Shown piece by piece: positions 27,401 to 41,400 of a DNA stretch of 64,000 nucleotides; within the stretch, counting starts at the first letter, position 1, and each line of letters begins with the position of its first letter. Under the pieces are notes generated by a model that saw only the letters and a program-made list of their open reading frames with translations, made no database searches and was not told where the DNA came from. A program made the position numbers and the translations under genes. This DNA is from the human T2T-CHM13v2.0 reference genome, Homo sapiens, in NCBI RefSeq assembly GCF_009914755.1, contig NC_060939.1; one strand, given 5' to 3'.

Positions 27401-30400
27401 TGTGAAAAGGAAGGTGAACTCTGTGAGTTGAATGCAAACATCACAAAGAAGTTTCTGAGAATGCTTCTGTCCAGTTTTTATGTTAAGAAATTTCATTTCC
27501 CAACATAGGCCTCAGAGTGCTCCAAATGTAAGCTTGCAGATTCTACAAAATGAGTGTTTCAAACCTGCTCTATCAAAAGAAAGCTTCAACTCTGTGCGTT
27601 TAATGCACACATCAAAAAGAAGTTTCTGAGAATGCTTCTGCCCGTTTTTATGGGAAGAAATTCCCGTTTACAACGAAGGCCTCAAAGCCTTCCAATTATC
27701 CAATTGCAGATACTACCAAAAGAGTGTTTCAAAACTGCTCTATGTTAAGGTATGGTCAACTCTGTGAGTTGAATGCACACATCAAAAAGCAGTTTCTGAG
27801 AATGCTTCTGTCTGGTGTTTATGTGAAGATATTCCCGTTTCCAATGATTGCCTCAAAGTTGTCCAAATATCCCCTTGCAGATTCCTCTATAAGAGTGCTT
27901 CAGAACTACTCTATGATAAGGTATGTTCAAATCTGTGAGTTGAATGCACACATCACAAAGTAGTTTCTGAGAATGCTTCTGTCTAGTATTTACCTGAAGC
28001 TATTCCCTTTTCCAACGAAGGCCTCAAAGAGGTCCAAATTTCCACTTGCAGATTCTACTAAAAGAGTATTTCAAAACTGCTCTATGATAAAGTCTGTTCA
28101 ACTCCGTGAGTTGAATGTACACATCCCAAAGCAGTTTCTCAGAATGCTTCTGTCTAATTTTTATGTTAAAGTATTTTCTTTTCAACTTAGGCCTCAAAGC
28201 GATCCAAATGTCCACTTGTAGTTTCTGCAAAAGAGTGTTTCAAACCTGCTCTATCAAAATAAAGGTTAAACTCTGTGAGTTTAATGCACACATCACAAAG
28301 AAGTTTCCGAGAATGCTTTGGTCTAGTTTTTAAGTGAAGATACTAGCCTTTCAAACAAAGGCCTGAAAGCGGTTCAATTACCCACATGCAGATACTACTA
28401 AAAGAGTGTTTCAAAACTGCTCTGTGATAAAGTTTGTTCAACTCTGAGAGTTGAATGCAAACGTCACAAAGAAGTTTCTGAGAATGCTTCTATGTAGTTT
28501 TTATGAGAAGACATTTCGTTTTCCACCATTGGAATAGAAGCGCTCCAAATGTCCACCTGCAGATACTGCAAAAAGTGTGTTTCAAACCTGCTCTATGAAA
28601 AGGAAGGTTCCACTCGGTGAGTTAAATGCACACATCACAAAGAAGTTTCTGTGAATGCTTCTGTCTAATTTTTGTGTGAAGATATTCCCTTTTCCACCAA
28701 ACGCCTCAAAGCTCTCCAAATTCACACATGCAGATTCTGCAAAAAGAGTGTTTCAAAACGTGCTCTCTCAAAACGAAAGTTCAACTCTGTGAGTTGAATG
28801 CACACATCACAAAGCAGTTTCAGAGAATGCTCCTGTCTAGTTTTAATGTGAAGGTATTCCTGTTTCTAACGAAGGCCTCAAATTGGTCCAAATATCCACT
28901 TGCAGATTCTACGAAAAGAGTGTTTCAAAACTGCTCTATGATAAGGAATGTTCAACTCTGTGAGTTGAATGCAAACATCACAAAGAAGTTTCATAGAATG
29001 CTTCTGTCTAGTTTTTATGAGAAGATATTTCATTTTCCACCATAGGCCTCAAAGCACCCCAAATGTCCAGTTTCAGATTCTACAAAAAGAGTGTTTCAAA
29101 CCTGCTCTATCGAAAGAAAGGTTCAACTCTGTGAGTTGAATGCACACATCACAAATAATTTTCTGAGAATTCTTCTGTCTAGTGTTTATGTGAAGATATT
29201 CCCGTTTCCAATGAAGGTCTCAAAGCGGTTCAAATATCCACTTGTAGATTTTACAAAAAGAGTGTTTCTAAACTGCTCCATGAAAAGATATGTTCAACTC
29301 TGCGAGTTGAATGCACACAACCCATAGAAGTTTCTGAGAATGCTTCTGTCTAGTTTTTGTGTGGAGATATTTCCTTTTCTGCCATAGGCCTCAAAGCTCT
29401 CCAAAGGTCCACTTGCAGATTCCACAAAAAGAGTGTTTCAAACCTGCTTTATCAAAAGAAAAGTTCAACTCTGTGAGTTGAATGCATATATTACAAAGAA
29501 GTTTCTGTGAATGCTTCTGTCTATTTTTTATGTGGAGATATTTCCTTTTCTGCCGTAGGCCTCAAAACACTCCAAATGTCCACTTGCAGATTGTACAAAA
29601 AGAGTGTTTCAAAATTGCTCTATCAAAAGAACGGTTCAAATCCATGAGTTGAATGCACACATCACAAAGAAGTTTCTGAGAATGCTTCTGTCTAGTTTTT
29701 ATGTGAAGATATTTCCTTTTGCACCATAGGCCTCAAAGCGCTCAAAATGTCAACTTGCAGATTCTACAAAAAGAGTGTTTCAAACCTGCTCTATCAAAAG
29801 AAATTTCAAATCTTTGAGTTGAATGCACACAGCAGAAGGAAGTTTCTGAGAAAACTTCTGTGTCGTGATTATGTGTAGGTACTCCCGTTTCCAATGATGT
29901 CCTCAAAGCGGTCCAAATATCCACTTGGAGATACTACTAAAAGAGTGTTTCAAAACTGCTCTAGGATAAAGTATGTTCAACTCTGAGAATTGAAGGCAAA
30001 CATCACAAAGAAGTTTCTGAGAATGCTGCTGTTTAGTTTTTATGTGAAGATATTTCCTTTTCCACCATAGGCCTCAAATCGCTCATAATGTCCACGTGTA
30101 GATTCTGCAAAAAGAGTGTTAAATCTGCTCTATCAAAAGAAAGGGTCAACTCTCTGAGTTGAATGCACACATCAAAAAGAAGTTTCCTAGAATGCTTCTG
30201 TCTAGTTTTTATGTGAAGAAACTCCCGTTTCCAGGGAAGGCCTCAAAGCTGTCCAAATATCCACTTTCAAATTCTACAAAAAGAGTGTTTCAAATCTGCT
30301 ATATCGAAAGAAAATTTCAACTCTGTGAGTTGAATGCACACAGCACAAAGAAGTTTTTGAGAAAGCTTCATTGTGTGAAGATACTCCCGTTTCCAACGAA

Positions 30401-33300
30401 GGCCTCAAAGTGGTCCAATTATCCACTTGCAGATACTATTAAAAGAGTGTTTCAAAACTGATCTATGATAAAGTATGTTAAGCTCTGAAAGTTGAATGCA
30501 AACGTCACAAATAAGTTTATGAGAAGGCTTCTGTCTAGTTTTTATGTGAAGATATTTCCTTTTCCTCCATAGGCCACAAAGTGCTCCTAATGTCCACTTG
30601 TAGATTCTGCAAAAGAGTGTTTCAAACCTGCTCTATCAAAAGAAAGGTTCAACTCTGTGAGTTGAATACACACAGCACAAAGAAGTTTCTGAGAAAGCTT
30701 CATTATGTGAAGATACTCCCGTTTTCAACGAAGGCCTCAAAGCCCTCCAATTATCCACTTGCAGATACTACTAAAAGAGTGTTTCAAAACTAATCTATGA
30801 TAAAGTATGTTAGACTCTGAGAGTTGAATGCAAACGTCACACATAAGTTTATGAGAATGCTTCTGTGTAGCTTTTATGTGAAGATATATCCTTTTCCACC
30901 ATAGGCCTCAAAGAGCTCCAAATGTCCACTTGCAGATCCTGCAAAAAGAGTGTTTCAACCCTGCTCTACGAAAAGGAAGGTTCAACTCTGTGAGTTGAAT
31001 GCACACATCACAAAGTAGTTTCTGAGAATGCTTCTGTCTAGTTTTTATGCGAAGATATTCCCGTTTCCAACGAAGACCTCAAAGCGGTCCAAATATCCAC
31101 TTGCAGATTCCACGAAAATAGTGTTTCAAAACTGCTCTATGAAAAGGGAGGTTCAACTCTGTGAGTTGAATGCAAACATCACAAAGAAGTTTCTGACAAT
31201 GCTTCTGTCTAGTTTTTATTCATAGATATTTCCTTTTCCACCATAGGCCTCCAAGCTCTCCAAATGTCTGCTTGCAGATTCTACAAAAAAAGTGTTTCAA
31301 ACCTGCTCTATCAAAAGAAAGGTTCAATTCTGTGAGTGGAATGCACACATCACAAAGAAGTTTCTGAGAATGATTCTGTCTAGTGTTTATGTGAAGATAT
31401 CCACTTTTCCAAGGAAGGCGTCAAAGCGGTTCAAATATCCACTTGCAGATTCTACAAAAAGAGTGTATCAAACCTGCTTTATTAAAGGAAAGCTTCAACT
31501 CTGTGAGTTGAATGGACACATCACAAAGAAGTTTCTGAGAATGCTTCTATCTAGTGTTTATTTGAAGATATTCCCATTTCCAACGAAGGCTTCAAAGTGC
31601 TCCAAATATCCACTGGCAGATTCTGCAAAAAGAGTGCTTCAAAACTGCTCTATGAAGAGGTATGTACAATCCTGTGATTTGAAAGCAAACATCACAAAGT
31701 AGTTCCTTAGAATTATTCTGTCTGGCTTTTATTTAAAGATATTTCCTTTTCCACCATAGGCCTCATAGGTCTAAAAATGTCCAGTGCCGATTCTACAAAA
31801 AGAGTGTTTCAAACCTGCTCTATCAAAAGAAAGATTCAACTCTGTGAGTTCAATGCACACAGCACAAAGAAGTTTTGGAGAATGCTTCTTTCTAGTGTTT
31901 ATGTGAAGATATTCCTGTTTCCAACAAAGGCCTCCAAGCGGTCCAAATATACACTTCCAGATTCTACAAAAAGGGTGTTTCAAAACTGCTCTATCAAAAG
32001 AAAGGTTCACCTCTGTGAGTAGAATGCACACATCACAAAGAAGTTTCTGAGAATGCTTCTCTCTAGTTTTTATGTGACGATATTTACTTTTCCACCATAG
32101 GCCTCAATGCTCTCCAAATGTCCACTTGCAGATTCTACAAAAAGAGTGTTTCAAACATGCTATATCAAAAGAAAGTTTCAACTCTTTGAGGTGAATGCAA
32201 ACATCACAAAGAAGTTTCTGAGAATGCTTCTGCCTGTTTTTGTGTGAACATATTCCCGTTTCCAACGAAGGCCTCAAAGTGTTCCAAATATCCACTTGCA
32301 TAATCTACCAAAACAGTGTTTCAAAACTGCTCTATGAAAAGGCATCTTCAACTCTGAGTTGAATGCAAACATTGCAAAGAATTTTCTGAGAATTCTTCTC
32401 TCTAATTTTTATATGATGATATAACATTTCCACCATAAGCCTCAAAGCTCTCCAAATGTCAACTTGCAGATTCTACAAAAAGAGTGTTTCAAAGCTGCTC
32501 TATCAAAAGAAAGGTTCAACTCTTTGAGTTTAATGCACGCGTGACAAAGAAGTTTTTGAGAATGCTTCTGTCAAGTGTTTATGTGAAGATATTCCCGTTT
32601 CCAACGAAGGCCTCATAGTGGTCCAAATATCCACCTGCAGATTCTACAAAAAGAGTGTCTGAAAACTGCTCCATGGAAAGGTATCTTCAACTCTGTGAGT
32701 TGAATGCAAACATCACAAAGACGTTTCTGAGAATGCTTCTGTCTGTTTTTTGTGTGAAGATATTTCCTTTTCCACCATAGGCCTCAAAGCTCTCCAAATG
32801 TCTACTTGCAGATTCTACAAAAAGAGTGTTTCAAGCCTGCTCAATGAAAAGAGAGGTTCAATTCTGTGAGTTGAATGCACACATCACAAAGAAGTTTCTG
32901 AGAACGCTTCTCTCTAGTTTTTATGTGAAGATATTTCCTTTTCCACCATAGGCCTCGAAGCTCTCCAAATGTACACTTCAGATCCTACAAAATGAATGTT
33001 TCAAACCTGCTCTACCAAAAGAAAGGTTCAACTCTGTGAGTTGAATGCACACATCACAAAGAAGTTTCTTAGAATGCTTCTCTCCAGTTTTTATGTGAAG
33101 ATATTCCCGTTTCCAAAGAAGGCCTCAAAGCCTTACAGATATCTTCTTGCAGATTCTACTAAAAGAGTGTTTCAAAACTGATCTATGTTAAGGTATGTTC
33201 AGCTCTGTTAGTTGAATGCAAACATCACAAAGAAGTTTCTGAGAATGCTTCTGTCTACTTTTTATGTGAAGATATTTCCCTTTCCACCATAGCCCTCAAA
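24491..33300 (-). repeat. Irregular A/B alpha satellite, SF5 (R1/R2)-like layer
   Basis: SF2 signatures vanish mid-monomer at ~24495. B monomers read cccgtttccaacgaaggcctcaaagcggtcc and A monomers read ttccttttccaccataggcc, in irregular order. Many boxes are CpG-decayed. Confidence 0.75.
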
Positions 33301-35450
33301 GCGCTCCAATTATCCACCTGCATATTCTTCAAAGAGAGTGTTTCAAAACTGCTCTATCAAAACGAAGTTTCAACTCTGTGACATGAATGCACACATCATA
33401 AAGAAGTTTCTGAGAATGCTTCTGTCTAGTTTTTATCTGAAGATATTCCCTTTTCCACCACAGGACCCAAAGCACTCCAAATGTCCACTTGCAGATTGTA
33501 CAGAAAGAGGGTTTCAAAACTGCTATATCAAAAGAAAGGCTTAACTCTTGGATTTGAATGCACACATCACAAACAAGTTTCTGAGAATGATTCTGTCTAG
33601 TTTTTATGTGAAGATATTCCCATTTCCATCGAAAACCTCAAAGCGCTCCCAATATCCACTTGCAGATTCTACAAAAAGAGTGTTTCAAAACTTCTCTATC
33701 AAAAGGAATTTTCAACTCTGTGAGTTGAATGCACACATCACAAAGTATTTTCTGAGAATACTTCTGTGTAGTTTTTATATGAAGATATTTCTGTTTCTAC
33801 CATAGGCCTCAAAGCATTCCAAATATCCACTTGCAAATTCCACAAAAAGAGTGTTTCAAAACTGCTCTATCAAAAGGAAGACTCAACTCTGTGAGTTGAA
33901 TGCACACATCACAAAGAAGTTTCTGGGAATGCTTCTGTCTAGTTTTTATGTAAAGATATCTCGTTTACACCGTAGGCCTCAGAGCGATCAAAATGTCCAC
34001 TTGCAGATTCTACAAAAACAGTGTCTCAAAACTGCTCTATCAAAAGGAAGGTTCAACTCTGTGAGTTGAATGCACACATCACAACGAAGTTTCTGAGAAT
34101 GCTTCTGTCTAGTTTTTATGTGAAGGTATTCCCGTTTCCACCGAAGGCCTCAAAGCGCTCCAAATATCCACCTGCAGATTCTGCAAAAAGAGAGGTTCAA
34201 AACTGCTCAATGAAAAGATACGTTCAACTCTGTGAGTTGAATGCATACATCACAAAGAAGTTTGTCTGAATGCTTCTGTGTAGTTTTTATTTCAAGATAT
34301 TTCCTTTTCCACCATAGGGCTCAAAGGGCTCCAAATATCCACTTGCAGATTCTACAAATAGAGAGATTCAAAACTGCTCAATGAGAAGATAAGATCAACT
34401 CTGTGAGCTGAATGCACACCTCACAAAGAAGTTTCTCAGAATGCTTCTGTGTAGTTTTTATGTGAAGATATTTTCTTTTCCACAGTAGGCCTCAAAGGGC
34501 TCCAAATATCCACCTGAAGATTCTGCCAAAAGAGAGATTCAAAACTGCTGATTCAAAAGATATGTTCAACTCTGTGAGTTGAATGCATACATCACAAAGC
34601 AGTTTCTCTGAATGCTTCTGTGTAGTTTTTATTTGAAGATATTTCCTTTTCCACCATAGGGTGCAAAGGGCTCCAAATATCCACTTGGAGATTCTACCAA
34701 AAGAGATATTCAAAACTGCTCAATGAGAATATAAGTTCAACTTTGTGAGTTGAATGCACACATCACAAAGAAGTTTATCACAATGCTTCCGTGTAGTTTT
34801 TCTGTGAAGATATTTGCTTTTCCACTGTAGGCCTCAAAAGGCTCGAAATATCCACCTTCAGATTGTGCAAGAAGAGAGATTCAAAACTGCTCAATCTAAA
34901 GATAGGTTCAACTCTGTGAGTTGAGTGCACACATCACAAAGAAGTTTCTGTGAATGCTTCTGTGTAGTTTTTATTTCAAGATATTTCCTTTTCCACCATA
35001 GGATGCAAAGTTCTTCAAATATCGACATGCAGATTCTACAAAAAGAGAGATAGAAAACTCCTCAATGAGAAGATAATTTCAACTCTGTGAGTTGAATGCA
35101 CACCTCACAAAGTAGTTTCTCAGAATGCTTCTGTGTAGTTTTTATGTAAAGATATTTCCTTTTCCACAATAGGCTTCAAAGCTTTCCAAACAACCACTTG
35201 CAGATTCTGCAAAAGGAGAGATTCAAAACTGCTCAATCAAAATGTAGTTTCCACTCTGTGAGTTGAATCCAAACATCACAATGGTGTTTCTTAGAATGCT
35301 TCTGAGTAGTTTTTATGTGAAGATATTTCCTTTTCCACAATAGGCCTCAAAGGGCTCCAAATATCCACTTGCAGATTCTACGAAGAGAGTGTTTCAAAAC
35401 TGCTCAATCAAAAGAAAGTTTCAACTCTGTGAGATGAATGCACACATCAC
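33301..35450 (-). repeat. Short transitional/SF4 (Ga)-like monomeric alpha satellite block
   Basis: Mostly A-type monomers with gagagattcaaaactgctcaat, aaagggctcc and cttctgtgtagttttt signatures, still with gagttgaat. Confidence 0.55.
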
Positions 35451-38400
35451 AAAGAAGTTTCTCAGATTGCTTCCTTCTAGATTTTATGTGAAGATATTTC
35501 CTTTTCTATCATAGGCCGCAAAGTGCTCCAAATGCCCACTTGCCAATTCTACAAAAAGGGTGTTTCCAAACTACACGTTCAAAAGAAAGGTTCAACGTTA
35601 GATGAACGTACATATCATAAAGAAGATTCTCAGAATTCTTCTATCTGTTTTTTTTGTGAAGATATTTCCTTTTCCAACTTAAGCCTCAAGGTGCTTGAAA
35701 AGTCCCTTTGCAGATTCTCCAAAAAGAGTATTTGAAAACTGGTTCTTCTAAAGAAAGGTGGAACTCTGGGAGATGAATGCAGACATCACAGAGAAGCTAA
35801 TAAGAATGCTTCTATCTACTTTTTATGTGAAGATATTTCCTTCTCCACCACAGGCCTCAAACACTCCAAATGTCCACTTGCAGATTCTACGAAAAGAGAG
35901 TTTCCAATCTGCTCAATCAAAAGAAAAGTTTAACTCTGTGAGATTAATGCACACATCACAAAGAAGTTTCTCAGATTGCTTCTGTCTGGATTTTATGTGA
36001 AGATATTTCCTTTTCTACCATTGGCTGCAAAGAGTTCCAAATGTCCACTTGCAGATGCTACAAAAAGTGTGTTTCCAAACTGCTCAATCAAAAGAAAGGT
36101 TCAACTCCGTGAGATGAACGCACTCATCACAAAGAAGTTTCTCAGAATCCTTCTGTCTAATTTTTATGTGAAGATATTTCCTGTTCCACCATAGGCCTCA
36201 AGACTCTCTAAATGTCCGCTTGCAGATTCTACAAAAAGAGAGTTTCAAAACTGCTCAATCAAAAGAAAGGGTTATCTCTGTGAGATGAATGCATATATCC
36301 CAAACAAGTTTCTCAGATTGTTTCTGTGTAGATTTTATGTGAAGATATTTACTTTTCTACTATAGACCGCAAAGCGCTCCAAATGTCCACTTGCAGATTC
36401 TACAAGAAAGAGTGGTACCAAACTGCTCAATCAAAAGAACAGTTCCACTCTGTGAGAAGAATGCACACATCACAAAGAAGTTTGTCAGAATTCTTCTGTC
36501 TAGTTTTTATGTGAAGATATTTCCTTTCCCACCATAGGCCTCAAAGTGCTCCAACTGTCCACTTGCAGATTCTACAAAAAGAGAGTTTCAAAACTGCTCA
36601 ACCAAAAGAAAGGTTTACCTCTTTGAGATGAGTACACACATAACAAAGAAGTTTCTCAGATTGCTTCTGTCTAGATTTTATGTGAAGATACTTCCTTTTC
36701 TACTATATGCCACAAAGCGCTCAACATGTCCACTTGAGATTCTACGAAAAAAATTTTTCCAAACTGCTCAATCAAAAGAAAGGTTCAACTCTGTGAGATG
36801 AATGAACACATTTCAAAGAAGTTTCTCAGAATTCTTCTGCATAGCTTTTATGTGAAGATATTTCATTTTCCACCCTAGGCCTCAAAGCACTCGAAATGTC
36901 CACATGCGGATTCCACAAAAAGAGTATTTCAAAACTGGTCCATCAAAGGAAAGGTTCAGCTCTGTTGAATGAATGCAAACATTACAAAGAATTTTCTCAG
37001 AATGTTTCTGTCTAGATGTTATGTGAATATAGTCCCTTTTCTACCATAGGCTGCAAAGCGTTCCAAGTGTCCACTTACAGATACTACAAAAAGAGTTTTT
37101 ACAAGCTGCTCAATCAAAGGAAAGGTTCAACTCTGTGAGATGAACCCACACATCACAAAGAAGTTTCTCAGAATTCTTCTGTCCAGTTGATACGTGAAGA
37201 TGTTTTCTTTTCCCACATAGGCTTCAAGGCACTCGAAATCTCCACTTGCAGATTCCACAAAAAGAGTATTTCAAAACTGGTCCTTCAAAAGAAAGGTTCA
37301 ATTCTGGGAGATAAATGCATACATCACAAAAAAGTTTATCAGAATTCTGTCTAGTTTTTATGTGAATATATTTCCTTTGCCACCATAGGCCTCAAGGCGC
37401 TCGAAATGTCCAGTTGCAGATTCTACAAAAAGAGTATTTCAAAACTGGTCTTTCAAAAGAAAGGTTCACCTCTGGGAGATGAAGGCACACATCACAGAGA
37501 AGTTTACCAAATGCTTCCATCTAGTTTTTACGTGAAGATATTTCCTTTTCCAACATAGGCCTCAAAGTGCTCCAAATACCCACTTGCAGATTCTACAAAA
37601 AGGGTGTTTCAAAACTGCTCCAATCAAAAGGAAGTTTTAATGCTGTGAGATGAATGCACACATCACAAATAAGTTTCTCAGATTGCTTCTGTCTAGATTT
37701 TATGTGAAGATATTTCCTTTTCTACCATAGGCTGCAAAGTTCTCCAAATGTCCACTTGCAGATTCTGCAAAAAGAGTGTTTCCAAACTCCTCAATCAAAA
37801 GAAAGGTTCAACTCTGTGAGATGAACGCACACATCCCAAAGAAGTTTCTCAGAACTCTTCTGTTTACTTTTTATGTGAAAATATTTTCTTTTCCACCATA
37901 GGCCTCAAAGCACTCCAAATATCCACTTGCAGATTCTACAAAAAGAGCGTTTCAAAACTGCTCCAATCAAAAGGAAGTTTTAACGCTGTGAGATGAGTGC
38001 ACACATCACAAAGAAGTTTCTCAGAGAGCTTCTGTCTAGATTTTATGTGAAGATATTACCTTTTCTACCATAGACCATAAAGCAATAAAAATGTCCACCT
38101 GCAGAGTCTAAAAAAAGAATGTTTCCAAACTGCTCAATAAAAAGAAGAATTCAACTCTGTGAGATGAAAGCGTACATCACAAAGAAGTTTCTCAGAATTC
38201 TTCTGTCTAGTTTTTATGTGAAGATATTTCCTTTTCCACCACAGGCCTCAAAGCTCTCCAAATGTCCACTTGCAGATTCTATGAAAAGAGAGTTTGAAAA
38301 CTGCTCAATCAAAAGAAAGTTTTAACTTTGTGAGATGAATGCACACATCACAAAGAAGTTTCACAGACTGCTTCTGTCTAGATTTTAAGTGAAGATATTT

Positions 38401-41400
38401 CCTATTCTAACATAGGCTGCAAAGTGCTCTAAATGTCCACTTGCAGATTCCTCAAAAACAGTATTTCCAAACTGCTCAATCTAAAGAAAGCTTGAACTCT
38501 GTGAGATTAATGCACGCATCACAAAGAAGTTTCTCAGAATTCTTCTGTCTGGTTTTTATGTGAAGATATTTCCTTTTACACCATATACCTCAAAACGCTC
38601 CAAATGTCCACTTGTAGATTATTCAGAAAGAGTTTCAAAACTGCTCAATCAAAAGGAAGGATTATCTCTGTAAGATGAATGCACACATCACAAGTTTCTC
38701 AGATTCCTTCCATCTAGATTTTATTTTTAATATTTCCTTTTCTACCAGAGGCCACAAAGCTCTAGAAATGTTCACTTGCAGATTCTACAAAGAGAGTGTT
38801 TCCAAACTGCTCAATCAAAAGATAGGTTTAACTCTGTGAGATGAATGCACACTAACAAAGAAGTATCTCAGATTGCTTCTGTCTAGAATTTATGTGAAGG
38901 TATTTCCTTTTCTACCACAGGCCGCAGAGCACTCCAGATGTCCACTTGCAGATTCTACAAGAAGAGTGCTTCCAAACTGCTCAATCAAAAGAAAGTTTCA
39001 ACTCTGTGAGCTGACCGCACCCATCACAAAGAAGTTTCTCAGAATTCTTCTCTCTAGTTTTTATGTGTAGATATTTCCTTTTCCACCATAGGCCACAAAG
39101 CGCTCCAAATGTCCACTTGCAGATTCTACAAAAAGAGAGTTTCAAGACTGCTCAATCAAAAGGAAGGTTGCCCTCTGTGAAACGAATTCATACATCACAA
39201 AAATGTTTTGCAGATTGCTTCTGTCTAGATTTTATATGAAGATATTTCTTTTTCTACTGTAGGCTGCAAAGCGCTCTTAATGTCCACTTGCAGATTCTAA
39301 AAAAGAGTGTTTCCAACCTGTTCTATCAAAAGAAAGGTTCAACTCTGTGAGATGAACGCACGCATCACAAAGAAGTTTCTCAGAATTCTTCTGTCTAGTT
39401 TTTTTTTGTGAAGATATTTCCTTTTTCACCACAGGCTTCAAATCGCTCCAAATGTCCACTTGCAGATTGTACAAAAAGAGTGTTTCCCAACTGCTCAACG
39501 AAAAGAAAAGTTCAACTCTGTGAGATGAATGCACACATCACAAAGAAGTTTGTCGGAATTCTTCTGTCTAGTTTTTATATGAAAATGTTTCCTTTTCCAC
39601 CACAGTACTCAAAGCGCTCCAAATGTCCAGTTGCAGATTCTACAAAAAGAGAGTTTCAAACTGCTCAATCAAAAGAAAATTTTAACTGTGTGGGATGAAT
39701 GCACACATCACAAAGAAGTTTATCAGATTGCTTCAGTCTAGTTTTTATGTGAAGATATTTCCCTTTCTACCATAGACCACAAAGCGTTGCAAATGTCCAC
39801 TAGCAGATTCTACAAAAAGAGTGTTTCCAAACTGCTCAATGAAAAGAAAGGTTCAACTCTGTGAGATGAATGCACACATCACAAAGAACATGGTCAGAAT
39901 TTTTCTGTCTAGTTTTTATGTGAAGATATTTCCTTTTCCACCATAGGCCCCAAAGTGCTCCAAAAATCCACTTGCAGATTCTACAAAAAGAGAGTTTCAA
40001 AACTGCTCTATCAAAAGAAAGTTTTAACTTTGTGAGATGAATGCACACATCCCAAAGAAATTTTTCCGATTGCTACTGTCTAGATTTTATGTGAAGATAT
40101 TTCCTTTTCTAACATAGGCCATAAAGCGATCCAAATGTCCACTTGCAAATTCTACAAAAAGACTGTTTCCAAACTGCTCAATCAAAAGAAAGCTTCAACT
40201 CTGTGAGATGAACACACACATCACAAGGAAGTTTCTCAGAATTCTTCTGTCTAGTTTTTAATGTGAAGTTATTTCCTTTTCCACCGTAGGCCTTAAAGTG
40301 CTCCAAACGTCCACTTATAGATTCTACAAAAAGAGAGTTTCAGGAATGCTCAATTAAAAGAAAGTTTTAGCTCTGTGAGATGACCACACACGTCGGAAAG
40401 AAGTTTCTCAGATTTCTTCTGTCTAGATTTTATGTGATGATATTTCCTTTTCTACCACAGGCCACAAAGCGCTCCAAGTATCCACTTGCAGATTCTACAA
40501 AAAGATAGTTTCCAAACTGCTCAATCAAAAGAAAGCTTCAACTCTGTGAGATGAATGCACACATCACAAAGAAATTTCTCAGAATTCTTCTGTCTAGTTT
40601 TTATATGACGATATTTCCTTTTCCACCACATTTCTCAAAACACTCCAAATATCCACTTGCAGATTCTTCAAAAAGAGTGTTTCCAAACTGCTCAATCAAA
40701 AGAATCTTTAACTCTGTGAGATGAGCACACTCATCACAAAGAAGTTTCTCAGAATTCTTCTGTCTAGTTTTTATTTGAAGATACTTCCTTTTCCAACATA
40801 GGCCTCAGATGGCTCCAAATGTCCACTTTCAGATTCTACAAAAAGAGAGTTTCAAAACTGCTCAAACAAAAGAAAGGTTGAAATCTGTGAGATGAATTCA
40901 CACATCCCAAAGAAGTTTCCCAGATTGCTTCTGTCTAGATTTTATGTGAACATATTTCCTTTTCTACAATAGGCTACAAAGCGCTACAAATGTCCACTTG
41001 CAGATTTTACAAAAAGAGTGTTTCCAAACTCCTTAATCAAAAGAAAGGTTCAACTCTGCGAGATGAATGCACACATCACAAAGAAGTTTCTCAGAATTCT
41101 TCTGTCTAGTTTTTATATGAAGATATTTCCTTTTCCACCGTAGGCCTCAAAGCGCTCCAAATGTCCACTTGCAGATTCTACAAAAAGAGAGTTTCAAAAC
41201 TGCTCAAAAAAAAAAAAAAAAGATTTAACTCTGTGAGATGAATGCACACATCAGAAAGAAGTTTCTCAGATTGCTTCTGTCTAGATTTTATGTGAAGATA
41301 TTTCCTGTTCTACCATAGGTCGCAAAGTGCTCAAAATTTTCACTTGCCAATTCCACAAAAAGAGGGTCTCCAAATTTCTCAATGAAAAGAAAGTTTCAAT

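Noticed and set aside
41205-41221. A17 run as a possible retrotransposon tail
   Set aside because: It replaces aatcaaaagaaa in phase within a monomer, with no TSD or element body; a simple homopolymer expansion.
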